NCBI GenBank assembly: GCA_964016885.1
Contig: OZ024741.1
Location: forward strand, 52,328,001-52,392,000
Length of the DNA stretch: 64,000 nt
DNA from: Eledone cirrhosa
Lineage: Eukaryota
Reading direction: 5' to 3'
The position numbers were made by a program, and so were the translations under genes. Positions 27,080-38,899 of this stretch are shown here, one piece after another (position 1 is the first letter of the stretch; each line of letters begins with the position of its first letter). The notes beneath the pieces are model-generated. The model saw only the letters and a program-made list of their open reading frames with translations. It had not been told where the DNA came from and made no database searches.

Positions 27080-27165
27080 TCTACATAAAAAAAGTGTCTT
27101 GCGCCACCATCTACTGGAATCGAACTCGCGATATTGAGCCAAACATCTTAACACCTAAGCCACGT
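27080..27165 (-). mobile_element. tRNA-like SINE head fragment
   Basis: Minus strand: GTGGCTTAGGTGTTAAG...GAGTTCGATTCC...GCAAGACACTT. Confidence 0.5.
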
Positions 27166-27554
27166 ATCAGTACACATATAAGCATATATAAATGCAAATA
27201 TAAGAATTAAGAAAGTAAATATTGTATAAAACAAAGAAGAAAACAGTTTTTTAACAAAACATATTGTCATTTTTATTATCGCTTGATTACGAGGTCATCA
27301 CATCCGTCTTCGTGTGTCATAGGAGCATATCTTAGTTATATTATCCCTCAATCTCTTCTACATTTCTTCTGGTGGGGCTGAAGCGATAAAAGTGATACCA
27401 GTGATATATTTGGGTTGATTCAATCTGAAATAACTTAAGGGCATCAACGATGCGACCCGCAAAATACTTTCCTCTGGCCCATGGCAAAACAATTTTCGGG
27501 ACTAATATTTTCCTAAAATTTAGTAATTTGTTCCTATGTTAATAGTATTTATAG

Positions 27555-28115
27555 TACTCTTCTTGGTTGTCCATCGTAAACGATGATGACATCTTCTTTA
27601 TTTTAGTTCCCGTCTGCCGTGGGCACGAAGGTGGCTGGGGAGGCCTATCAACGCCGCAGGGCTTTGGGAGTGCACGCTAAAGAAGAAACCTGTGCGGCAA
27701 AGGTTTATAGTGGGAGGGCCAGTGCACAGTGACGGTCCCACTCACTCGGCCGCAGAAGCCAGAATCCGGTGGTACGGAGGGCCGTCACGACCAGGGACTT
27801 CCTTGGCTGCAGTGGATGGCCACGGCGTCTGTAGTGCCTTGCCGTGCCCTAGCACTCCACGCCGCTTGCTGTCGTCGGCTTCGTGACCGTTGGGACCATG
27901 TTGTCCTCCTCCACTCACTCCGCCGGGTCCAGTCTTCGCATGCAGGGCAGGCATCCCCTACCTAATTCACCGGGGGCTTTCAGACCCGTCCAGCTACCCT
28001 CAATCTGGTTCGGCCCGCCAGCCAAGGCGGTTTACTGGGGTGTGGCCGCTGTCGCATGCTGCAGCTTCTTGGGGCCACAGGTGAAGGCTGAGTGTCAGGT
28101 GGGACCCAGTGCAGG
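27555..28115 (-). mobile_element. RTE-related non-autonomous element (GC-rich RTE 5'-UTR-like body plus RTE-type tail)
   Basis: Minus strand ends GTCATCATCGTTTACGATGGACAACCAAGAAG. The body (TCACCTGTGGCCCCAAG...GCGGCCACACCCC...GCATGCGAAGACT) recalls RTE-derived SINEs from memory. No ORF. Confidence 0.6.
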
Positions 28116-28132
28116 ACGAGATATATACACGC

Positions 28133-28175
<43 letters not shown>

Positions 28176-28230
28176 TATATAGAGGCATATATATATATAC
28201 AGGCATATATATATATATATATATACAGGC

Positions 28231-28286
<56 letters not shown>

Positions 28287-28292
<6 letters not shown>

Positions 28293-29113
28293 TATGAAGA
28301 GAGAAGAAACATTTAGATATAATTAGTAATAAAATGTATCATACCTAAACTGCTCCTAGATTCCTCGACTACGTAGTTTCGTGGCATAAACAAAAACAAT
28401 ACATCATAAAGATATAGAGTCCCTGCGAGGTCTGGCACCCTTAACTCACGGTTGGGTGTGGATGCATTCATGTATATGTGTGTCCCCGCATGTATCTGTG
28501 TGTTTCTAAATATATTGTTAATAACTCCCTCTGGTCGAGCAATCTTTGAAGTCTGGTGACTGCTGGAAAGCAGCCATTACTCATACTTCTCGTCTCCTTC
28601 ACCACCTCTTCTACGGCTTCGATATGAATACCCCCTCCGCCTCCGTGGTATTTTCTTCGGGGTTATAAGAGGCTTAGCTCTGTTTCTCGACCGTTATATC
28701 GCGTGACTATCTCCCCCTTCGCCTTTTGGGATTCTTTCTCACGTCGTGTAGACGCGTTCTTGAGGCTAGTAAAATGAGGTATCCTCTTGATAAGTCGGCA
28801 GACCTCGCAGGGACTCTATATCTTTATGATGTATTGTTTTTGTTTATGCCACGAAACTACGTAGTCGAGGAATCTAGGAGCAGTTTAGGTATGATACATT
28901 TTATTACTAATTATATCTAAATGTTTCTTCTCTCTTCATAATGTATTTTTAACTCTGATACTGGTTCAGTCTGGTTCAACCGAATTGGTCTGTCCCAGTC
29001 ATTCATTGAGCAACATCGGTGAGGTTGGCACCCTTTACTCACGGTTGGGTGTGGATGCATTCATGTATATGTGTGTCCCCGCATGTATCTGTGTGTTTCT
29101 AAATATATTGTTA
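28287..29113 (+). mobile_element. Retrozyme-like element: 5' inversion + 593-bp unit + 88-bp direct repeat, in (TA)n
   Basis: 28287-28434 is the reverse complement of 28799-28946. 28433-28520 matches 29026-29113. (TA)n on both sides. Confidence 0.88.
28782..28871 (+). ncRNA. Type I hammerhead with U3-A8 compensatory core and long loop II
   Basis: TCCTC-TTGATAA-GTcGGCA[~46 nt]TGCCAC-GAAA-CTACGTAG-TC-GAGGA. Stem III is the palindrome ACTACGTAGT. Confidence 0.8.
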
Positions 29114-29148
29114 TATATATATATAGATAGATATATAGATATACAGGC

Positions 29149-29208
<60 letters not shown>

Positions 29209-29211
<3 letters not shown>

Positions 29212-29770
29212 AGTCTGTCTCATGGTCGGGTCGTTGGCGACTAAACTGGCAACCCCACCAGCGTTTCTCGGTGAGGAGGGTGACTTTGGACATCCTGCAG
29301 GACTAAAAACAAAACCTGTCAAAGGGCAAAGGAGCTCTTAAGAGTCAATAGCCATCCAAAATCACCGGGAGAGATGACCCCTTAGCCTTTGTCAAGGCAG
29401 AATTCTAGAAGGAAAACTCTGATATAACACCTGCAACCCTGATGGTATCCAATGATGTTGACTTGTTCTTCTTTTTGGTAAATATCATCTTGGTTAAGAG
29501 AGTGGGACTGGCTTTGTGCAGTGCCTTTGCTCACTATAAAAGCTTCACAGCACAGGCATTGCTTTATATCTGGAGATCTCTCTGCACTTGTCGTCACATG
29601 GTACCATGGGCCCAGCACTATGTGTCAATAATTGTCACAAATGTAGTGTTTGTACCAGAGTTTTCAAGTCGCTGGCTGGACTAAAATGTCACACTGGTTC
29701 AGCGCATCGGTAGGGGTTCTCCTACATGGATATAAAGTAGTGGCCGTACTCGAAAACGAGTTGGCAGCCA

Positions 29771-29772
<2 letters not shown>
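29209..29772 (+). mobile_element. Internally deleted (bipartite) RTE-like element
   Basis: The 3' part encodes C2H2 CSVCTRVFKSLAGLKCH..AH* and tail GCCGTACTCGAAAACGAGTTGGCAGCCACC. ~29491-29772 is nearly identical to 59532-59816 (-). Assignment of the 5' part is inferred. Confidence 0.65.
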
Positions 29773-29804
<32 letters not shown>

Positions 29805-29912
29805 GCATATAAATATATATATATATACAGGCATATAAATATATATATATATACAGGCATATATATATATATATATATACAGGCATATATATATATATAT
29901 ATATACCTAAAA

Positions 29913-30104
29913 TTTCCTAAAATTTAGTAATTTGTTCCTATGTTAATAGTATTTATAGTACTCTTCTTGGTTGTCCATCGTAAACGATGATGACATCTTC
30001 TTTATTTTAGTTCCCGTCTGCCGTGGGCACAAAGGTGGCTGGGGAGGCCTATCAACGCCGCAGGGCTTTGGGAGTGCACGCTAAAGAAGAAACCTGTGCG
30101 GCAA
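29913..30104. repeat. 192-bp direct duplication of 27509-27700
   Basis: Identical except one substitution seen (GGGCACGAAG vs GGGCACAAAG). Confidence 0.9.
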
Positions 30105-30208
30105 CTATCCTTCTAACAACTTCACCCCTCCCTCCTAATATTCTCTATAAAAACCAAACAGGTCCTCATATTTATATAGGTAAGCCTGTAGTGATACGTA
30201 TATAAACT

Positions 30209-30239
<31 letters not shown>

Positions 30240-30246
30240 CTATCTA

Positions 30247-30324
<78 letters not shown>

Positions 30325-30436
30325 CAAACATGTATACACACACAGCCACTGACACGTGTGTACACACATAAATACCAATATGTCAAGACAAACATGTAGG
30401 AAGGATAATGAGGATATTTATGATAACAATAACTAC

Positions 30437-31520
30437 AATGATGGTGATGGTGATGGTGGTAATGGTGATGGTGATGGTGATGATGGTGGTGACGGTGGTG
30501 ATGGTGGTGATGGTGATGGTGGTGATGGTGGTGATGGTGATGGTGTTGGTGGTGATGGTGGTGATGGTGATGGTGGTGATGGTGATGGTGGTGATGGTGA
30601 TGATGATGGTAATGGTGATGGTGATGGTGGTGATGGTGGTGATGGTGATGGTGTTGGTGGTGATGGTGGTGATGGTGATGGTGGTGATGGTGGTGGTGGT
30701 GATGGTGATGATGATGGTAATGGTGATGGTGATGGTGGTGATGGTGGTGATGATGGTGATGGTGATGGTGATGGTGGTGATGGTGGTGATGGTGGTGATG
30801 GTGATGTGGTGATGGTGATGGTGATGGTCATGGTGGTGATGATGATGGTGATGTGGTGATGGTGATGGTGATGGTGATGGTGGTGATGATGATGGTGATG
30901 TGGTGATAGTGATGGTGATGATGATGGTGATGTGGTGATGGTGATGGTGATGGTGATGATGGTGATGGTGATAGTGGTGATGGTAATCATGGTGATGATG
31001 GTGATGATGGTGATGGTGATGGTGGTGGTGGTGGTGATGGTGATGGTGATGATGGTGATGGTGATGGTGATGATGGTGATGATGGTGATGATGGTGATGG
31101 TGATGGTGGTGATGGTGGTGATGGTGATGATGGTGATGGTGGTGATGGTGGTGGTGAAGGTGATGGTGGTGATTGTGGTGATGGTGGTGGTGATGATCGT
31201 GGTGATGGTGGTGATGGTGATGGTGATGGTGGTGATGGTGGTGATGGTGGTGGTGATGGTGGTGGTGATGGTGATGATGGTGATGGTGGTGGTGATGATG
31301 GTGATGATGGTGATGATGGTGATGGTGATGATGGTGAAGGTGGTGATGGTGATGGTGATGGTGGTGATGGTGGTGGTGGTGATGGTGATGATGGTGATGG
31401 GGATCATGATGATGATGGTTATGGTGATGGTGTTGATGGGATGATGGTGATAATGATAGTGATGTTGGTAGTGGGGATATAATGGTGATGATGATGATGG
31501 TGGCGGTGATGATGGTGATA

Positions 31521-31555
<35 letters not shown>

Positions 31556-31680
31556 GATGATGATGACGGTGGTGGTGATGATGGTGATGATGATGACGGT
31601 GGTGATGATGATGGTGGTGGTGATGACGGTGGTGATGACGGTGGTGATGATGATGGTGATGATGATGATGGTGGTGATGA
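30437..31680. repeat. Mixed (GGT/GAT)n trinucleotide tract
   Basis: Direct inspection. Confidence 0.95.
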
Positions 31681-31823
31681 TTTATTATTGTTGTTATTGT
31701 CGTTGAATTTTGACTCCAAGAGAATCACACATTAATGTGTGCACGCGCGCTTGTATGTATATATGTATATATGTATGTATGTATGTATTGATGTGTGTGC
31801 ATATATGTGTGTGTGTGTATACG

Positions 31824-31875
<52 letters not shown>

Positions 31876-31930
31876 GTATAAAATGAATTCACAGGCGCAT
31901 ACTATGCTTAGAATGATGTATGTAAAGATA

Positions 31931-31974
<44 letters not shown>

Positions 31975-32006
31975 TGTATTTGTGTAATTGTCTGCGTCTT
32001 TGTGTT

Positions 32007-32065
<59 letters not shown>

Positions 32066-32516
32066 ATGTGTCTTTGTCTGTGTTTGTGCTTGTGTTTGAT
32101 GTCGCCATATTTCTCTGCTGTCCTACAATTTTAGTTGAATGTCACTGCATAAAGAGACAGGTACAACTCTGATGTATTCAAACTCGGAGCTTATGTAGAT
32201 CTGCATATAGAACGAAAAATTATCAAATGTTCTCTTCCTTCTTTGCTTCCATTCATCCATTCATTCAACCAACATATTCGGCTGCAGAGACACAACTAAC
32301 CAACAAAGCAACTTGCTAGTTGCTTAGTCCTTCCTTCATCCTGTTACAGCATACACACACACATACACACACACATATATACACATACACCCCCCCCCAT
32401 GGATCTATCTAGCCATCTATCTATCTTCTTCTCCCATTCTACTCTCTTTCACCCTCTCTCTATATATATAGTAAGGATGTACACACACACACATATATAT
32501 ATATGTATATATATAC

Positions 32517-32617
<101 letters not shown>

Positions 32618-32643
32618 TATATACATACACACACACACACACA

Positions 32644-32717
<74 letters not shown>

Positions 32718-32849
32718 TATATTTGGGGGTGTATGTACTCGTATATTCCTATCTGGGGTTGGTGATAGAGTAGGCAATGGTAAAAATATCCCCTGTTGCA
32801 GAGAAAAAGGCAAAAAAAAAGATAAAGACAAAAAATAAAGAAACATTTG

Positions 32850-33300
32850 CCAACCAAACACGTGATGTCGCAACGTCAGAAGCATTAGGGTGACAGAATG
32901 ACATATCTGACAGCCAATCAGATGTCCCGCTGTGTCGAGACATCAGGATATCACAGTGTAAAAGCGTTTACTTAGATAAAACGGCCGACAGCATACACAA
33001 CAAGAACAACAACACAAATAGGAATGACAACACGACCAACAATCACAACAAAAAGAGCAACAATAACAACAACGACCACAACTGTCGTATATAAGAAACA
33101 AATTGGTTGCTGTTTTCGACACATGATAACGTCATAGCGCAGCTTTAAGCGTTTACTAAGGATTAAAATGGCCGACACAGAAAAACAATATGGCTTCTCT
33201 ATCTTCAAAGATGGCGAAATCAGCTATATTGACAGTGCTACAAACAACAGCGCTGAATGTGATGTAATATCGTTGGTGCATTTAAATTGGCGGCACAAGT
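32850..33300. promoter_or_regulatory. Candidate promoter/enhancer island
   Basis: CACGTGA E-box, AGCCAATCAG (NF-Y consensus), AAAATGGCCGAC and AAGATGGCG (YY1-like), AACGTCA twice. Relatively CpG-rich and non-repetitive. Confidence 0.35.
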
Positions 33301-33508
33301 TTATATAATTGTAACGCGTGGGTAGGGTGTAGGCTATTGAAAATTTCAGGAAAGCTCTCACAGTAAATTATCTAAGGCTGAGTTAATGATTGAAGGAAAT
33401 CCCGTAAATGATTAGTACTAATGTAGGATCTGAACTGTTACACACACACACACACACACACACATACACACACACACGCGCACACACACGCGCACACACA
33501 CACACACA

Positions 33509-33586
<78 letters not shown>

Positions 33587-33640
33587 CACACACGCACACA
33601 CACGCACACACACACACACACACACATACACACACACACG

Positions 33641-33678
<38 letters not shown>

Positions 33679-33679
33679 C

Positions 33680-35402
33680 ATCATGGCTGCAAACTCTGCT
33701 AAGAGTATTGCAATCGCTTGTCAAATTCAGATGTCTTACGCTGGGATGGATATGTCTTTTCAAGCCTGCTAGAGACTTGCACTCCTTCGTACATTGACGA
33801 CAACTATGGATCTCCCTGACTTCAGGTCTTGCATCAGGTTGCCTGTGAGATCATAGTACACTGATTCTCTTTGAACATGACTGCGACTGTGGCTCCTGAG
33901 ACCAGATTTGCTCAAGCAAATCTTTCCACACTCAGGACACACCAATTCAATGGAGACACCGATCATTTTGAGGGATATACCAGGGCATTGTTTACGCACA
34001 TTCCGTTTGATCTTTTAGTGCTCTATGCATCAGTCCTCAACATTATGGACCCCATCATTCACCATTCCACACCAAGTTTCTCTTTCAAGAGCTTCTATCT
34101 TCCAGTCAGCCATCATCAAATCATTTTGCTTTTGCAATGAGTTCTTTACACAATCCTTGAATCGGAGTTTTGGTTTGTGAGGTGGTCTCTTACCTTTACA
34201 AGCTCGCCATACAAAGTTGTTTCAGGATTCGATCATCCTCCATTCTGCAGAGGTGTCCGGTCCATTGCAAACGTCGTTGGTGGATGATACTCTCAATGCT
34301 CCGACACTCACTTCTCTCAAGGACCTCAACATCACTCATATGCGTCTGCCACTTGATACCGAGCATCTTTCTGAGACACTGCTGGTGAAATCGTCCCAGT
34401 CTTTGGATATGGCATTTATATGCAACCCATGTCTCACACGCATACAGCAATGATGACAGTGCATATGCGGCATACACTGTCACCTTTGTCTTCATTGTGA
34501 TTCTTCGCCTGCACCAAAGACTGTCGCTGGGCCTTCCAAATAACTCCCTGATTTACTAACACGCAGAAAAACTTCTGCCTCCAGAGAGCTGGTCACGCTC
34601 AGAGTACTCGCCAAATACATAAATCTGTCAGCAACCTTCAGCTTTTGACCGTATACATAAAGGAGGGTTCTTTGAAAACTTTATCCAGAGCAGATTGGTA
34701 CATGACAGTCTTCTTTAGACTGATTGTCAGTCCCAAAGCACTTCATGCATTGGAAAAATAATCCATGTCACTTTGGGAGTGTGCAAAGAGATCACAATCA
34801 TCTGCATACAGAAATTCTCTGATCAAGGTACTCAGTACCTTAGTGTTGGAAGTTAAACGCCTAAAGTTAAGCAGCTTGCCGGAAATGCGATATCTGAGAT
34901 AGATACCGTGTCGACAATCCTTGAAGGACACTATTGCGAAATACAAGGCAAAGTTGATGCAGATATACCACCTTGCTTGACACTATTTTCAACCGAGATT
35001 GGCTCAGACAGTTTACCTCCGATGTTTACACACGCCTGTATGTCATCGTGGAAGAGCTTCTGTATGTTCACAAACTTTTCAGAACAGCTCAATCTCTCCA
35101 AAATAACCCACAAAGCCTTCCGATTTACGGTGTCAAATACCTTGGTCAGATCGACAAAAAATTGGTAAAAGTCCATGCACTGCTCAATGCATTTCTCTTG
35201 AAGTTGTTTCGCCAAGAAGACCATGTCAACAGTGCCTCGGCCATTCCTAAAGCCACATTGGGACTCAGGAAATACCTCAACAGCAATGTGCTGTACCACT
35301 CTGTCCAACAATATCCTGCACTAGATCTTCCCAGCCACAGATAGCAGTGAAATACCTCTGTAGTTGGCACAATCATCTTTGGCTCCTTTTCCTTTGTAAA
35401 GT
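33680..35402 (-). mobile_element. 5'-truncated decayed RTE LINE
   Basis: NYRGISLLSVAGK, ESQCGFR, FVDLTKVFDTV, VKQG, LYADD, RRLQWTGH, CPECGKICLSKSGLRSH. Confidence 0.9.
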
Positions 35403-35408
35403 ACATAC

Positions 35409-35524
<116 letters not shown>

Positions 35525-35989
35525 TCACACACATATCAATTCAAGAAAGGTGTGCGGCCAAGACAACGGATAATGGATGAAACACAGGAGAGACCCTTGT
35601 GATCAGTCGACCTCTGGAGGTCCTTGTGATTTCAGGTCATTATATAATTATTGGTGTTTATTCGACACAGTTGACCGGTACCTTAGGTTTCAAAACATGC
35701 CCCTGTATTAGCCATAAAGTTTTATTATGGTCTATTTGAAGGGCATCTAAAATCTCATCTTCTACCAACATGGAAAATTAGAGGCCCGGGTATAGAACAT
35801 CAACACCCAGCTAATATATATCCGCCTTAATACTAAACTATATCGATTTCAGCCCCTCAGACATCACCTCACACCTAAAAAGACCTGTCTTCAACCCGAC
35901 AAATCATAAACAATACACACATAAAGTACACACACAAACACACAACAAATGCACAAAAACATTTGAACAATATATATATATACATATAA

Positions 35990-36155
35990 ACGAGGATGGA
36001 TTCAATTTGAAACTGGTTAGACCATTACTCAGCAGAGTACTCGATTCTTAGGGAAGAAGACTATGGTTATATTATAAATAGTCGACACTCCAGTCTAGAA
36101 CTGGCTGTTGAAACGGCAATAGCTCAGCCGTCGGGGTTCCGACTCCTTATAATAT
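35990..36155. mobile_element. Fragment of an inverted-end element related to 37080-37290
   Basis: Shares GTCTAGAA...GAAACGG...AGCTCAGCCGTCGGGG, and an inverted GAGTACTC.AT.CTTAGGG block. Confidence 0.6.
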
Positions 36156-36159
36156 ATAA

Positions 36160-36228
<69 letters not shown>

Positions 36229-36309
36229 CACACATATATATATAGAGAGAGAGAGAGTGAGAGAGACGTACCCATGAAAATCATACCTTATCGGTTTGAA
36301 ATTCACTGG

Positions 36310-36493
36310 ATAGAGTACCAATGTTGTCTTGGTGCCCTTGAAATACATATAATAACATAAATATGGTTTTATAAATATAGTTTCCATTTATTTAATATCA
36401 TTGAATATTTACTCCAGTAACTTGTTGAGTGCTCTAAATCAGTTATAAACATTTATGTTTGTCGGACTTCCAACAAATTAAATACAACTTCTA

Positions 36494-36497
<4 letters not shown>
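36310..36497 (+). mobile_element. HHR family B copy (3' half of ribozyme only)
   Basis: TGGTGCCCTT-GAAA-TACATA-TA-ATAACATA plus family tail ending in (TA)n. Confidence 0.75.
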
Positions 36498-36574
<77 letters not shown>

Positions 36575-36578
<4 letters not shown>

Positions 36579-36907
36579 GAAGTATTTCCGTCGGAAAGGT
36601 ACAGGAAAAAAGAATGCTCTATGTAGGCTACAGAGCTTATTAGTTATGAAATAAACAACATAAGATAATTATTTCATTTACTAGTGGTTTCTTGGAGGCA
36701 GATGTTATGTCTGTCCAATGAATAACATGGTGTTTTTATTAAATATCTTATATTTTCTCAATGTCAATTGATAGAAAATATAAGATATAATAAAAACGCC
36801 ATGTTATTTATTCATTCTGACGACTGAAGACAGACATAACATCTGCCTTCAAGAAACCAGTGGTAAATGAAATAATTATCTTATGTTGTTTATTTCATAA
36901 CTAATAA
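36575..36907 (+). mobile_element. ~270-bp fold-back HHR element between (TA)n and (CT)n
   Basis: 36637-36907 is an imperfect palindrome centred near 36770. Confidence 0.82.
36811..36871 (+). ncRNA. Type I hammerhead ribozyme
   Basis: TTCATT-CTGACGA-cTGAAG...CTTCAa-GAAA-CCAGTGG-TA-AATGAA. Confidence 0.87.
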
Positions 36908-36943
36908 TCTCTCTCTCTCCCTCTCCCCCCCCTCTCTCTCTCT

Positions 36944-37063
<120 letters not shown>

Positions 37064-37079
37064 ATCTATATATATATAT

Positions 37080-37286
37080 ATAGGAACAAGTAAGACCCCC
37101 GACGGCTGAGCTCAAACCGTTTCGACGGCTAATTCTGGACGGCTAATTTAGTCTAGAATTAGCCGTCGAAACGGCTTGAGCTCAGCCGTCGGGGTCCTAC
37201 TTGTTCCTATTACCCACTCTACTACCCTAAGTATTGAGTACTTTGGTGCGTTATGGTCCATCTGGTTCCTTACCACATTTCCTTCG

Positions 37287-37290
<4 letters not shown>
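37080..37290 (+). mobile_element. Fold-back element in (TA)n with HHR-like 3' half
   Basis: 37080-37210 is palindromic (ATAGGAACAAGTA...TACTTGTTCCTAT). AGCCGTC-GAAA-CGG is present but there is no CTGANGA. Confidence 0.6.
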
Positions 37291-37325
<35 letters not shown>

Positions 37326-37334
37326 TACTGATAT

Positions 37335-37830
37335 ATCAATGAAGGCCAACAGACCTAATATAATTTTAAAGGACCAAAAAGAGAAAAGGTATCTTAATTG
37401 ATATGAGCATTCCATCACATCATAACATCTCCTCGAAAGGCTTTTGGAAGCTCAGTAAATATAAAGATCTATCAATTGAAATTAAGAAAATGTGGCATCT
37501 TAAGGTCTGTACAATACCAGTGATAGTTGGTGCACTTGAAATGATAAAAAAGGGAATTGAAAAATATTTGGACCGGATACCTGGAAAGCCATCTCTGCAA
37601 GAGATACAGAAAATAGTGTAAACTGGTGCGGCCCATGTCCTAAGAAGGGCATTATCAATTTAAAACCCTTGCAAAGACATTTACGGCTGTTTGTACCCTT
37701 GTCGAATCGCCTATATGACAATTGAGTGTAAAATGTGTGTATTATCAAATTGTGCCTCAGGTGTCATGTTGACATTCGGCATTGTCTGGGATAGAAACAG
37801 AATTCAAAGGAAGTTTCACATAAAAAACAA
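37335..37830 (+). mobile_element. R4/Dong-like RLE retroelement 3' fragment
   Basis: ANRP.I..D..KR..LIDMSIP..KLSKYKDLSIEIKKMW..IPVIVGAL, then (AAC/AAT)n. Confidence 0.8.
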
Positions 37831-37870
37831 GAACAACAACAACAACAATAACAACAAGGGCAACAACTAC

Positions 37871-37916
<46 letters not shown>

Positions 37917-37919
37917 GGA

Positions 37920-38878
37920 GAAAAATAACCTGCACAAATATGTGACTGACAGTAGGGAGCCAATGCTCAAAATCGTACTGAGGACAATAGACCAGGGGAT
38001 GTCCAATGAGGAAATAGCAAGGAGAAAGGGTAACCTTCATGAAAAATCCCTTCATAGCACCTTCTTTGAGAAAACTGAATTCAGAGATCCACAGACATGG
38101 AACTGGTTGAAAAGAGGAGACCTTAAAAAGGCTACAGAAGGAATGCTAATGGCTGCGCAAGAGCAGGCCCTCAAAACGAAGTGGCTGAAATACCATATTT
38201 ACAAGGAGGCTAGCCCACTGTGTAGGATCTGTGGAGAGAGAGAGAGGAGACTGTGCCTTACATTGTATCCGAGTGTAAACACCTAGCCCAGACTCACTAT
38301 AAAGGCTGGAGACATGATGTGGTGGGCAGGGTGATCGACTGGTACCTATGCAAAGTAAACAATTTACCACATTCTGAGAAGTGGTATGAGCATAAGCCAG
38401 AGTCGGTCGGTGATAAAAAACGACCAGGTGAAGGTGCTGTGGGATTTTAGGATACGGACGGACAAGAAACTGGAACACAATAGACCTGACCTGGTGGTTT
38501 TGGACAAGAAAAAAAGATCGTGCCTGATTGTGGATGTGGCCTGCCCATTCGACACGAGAGCGCAAGAGAAGGAGAGGGAGAAAATTAACCGATACCAGGA
38601 CTTTAAAGTGGGAGGTAAAAAGGATTTGGGACTGCCATGAAGTCAAAGTGGTCCCAATTGTCATAGGCGCACTAGGTACTATCTCAAAGAGTTTCCAAGG
38701 ATGGTTAAAGAAAATTGGCCCCGCCCCGCTTTCTGGAACACTTCAAAAGGCATGCTTGCTGGGAACAGCAAGAACCCTCCGATACGTCCTGAATATCTGA
38801 GGCTGCAGGTAGTGGCTTGATATTCATTTCAACAAACTTTCCAGTTAACTAACATCAATGACTGAGACTCAAAGAACA
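37920..38878 (+). mobile_element. R4/Dong-like RLE retroelement 3' portion flanked by (AAT)n
   Basis: AAQEQAL, CRICG..ETV.YIVSEC..LA..Y..RHD, LWDFRIRTD..HNRPDLVVLD..VDVACPFD, VVPIVIGALG..LQKACLLGT. Confidence 0.9.
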
Positions 38879-38899
38879 ATAATAATAATAATAATAATG

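Noticed and set aside
29209-29250. HDV-like ribozyme (CCAGT...GGG-TCG ttgg CGA-CTAA-ACTGG)
   Set aside because: Too little sequence between the putative P2 and P1.1 for P3/L3/P1, and no P1 5' strand.
35660-35900. Two further HHR-like halves on the minus strand (GAAA-CCTAAGG-TA; TTGAAGA...GAAA-TCGATA-TA)
   Set aside because: The 5' core or stem I cannot be formed. Possibly decayed members, not counted.
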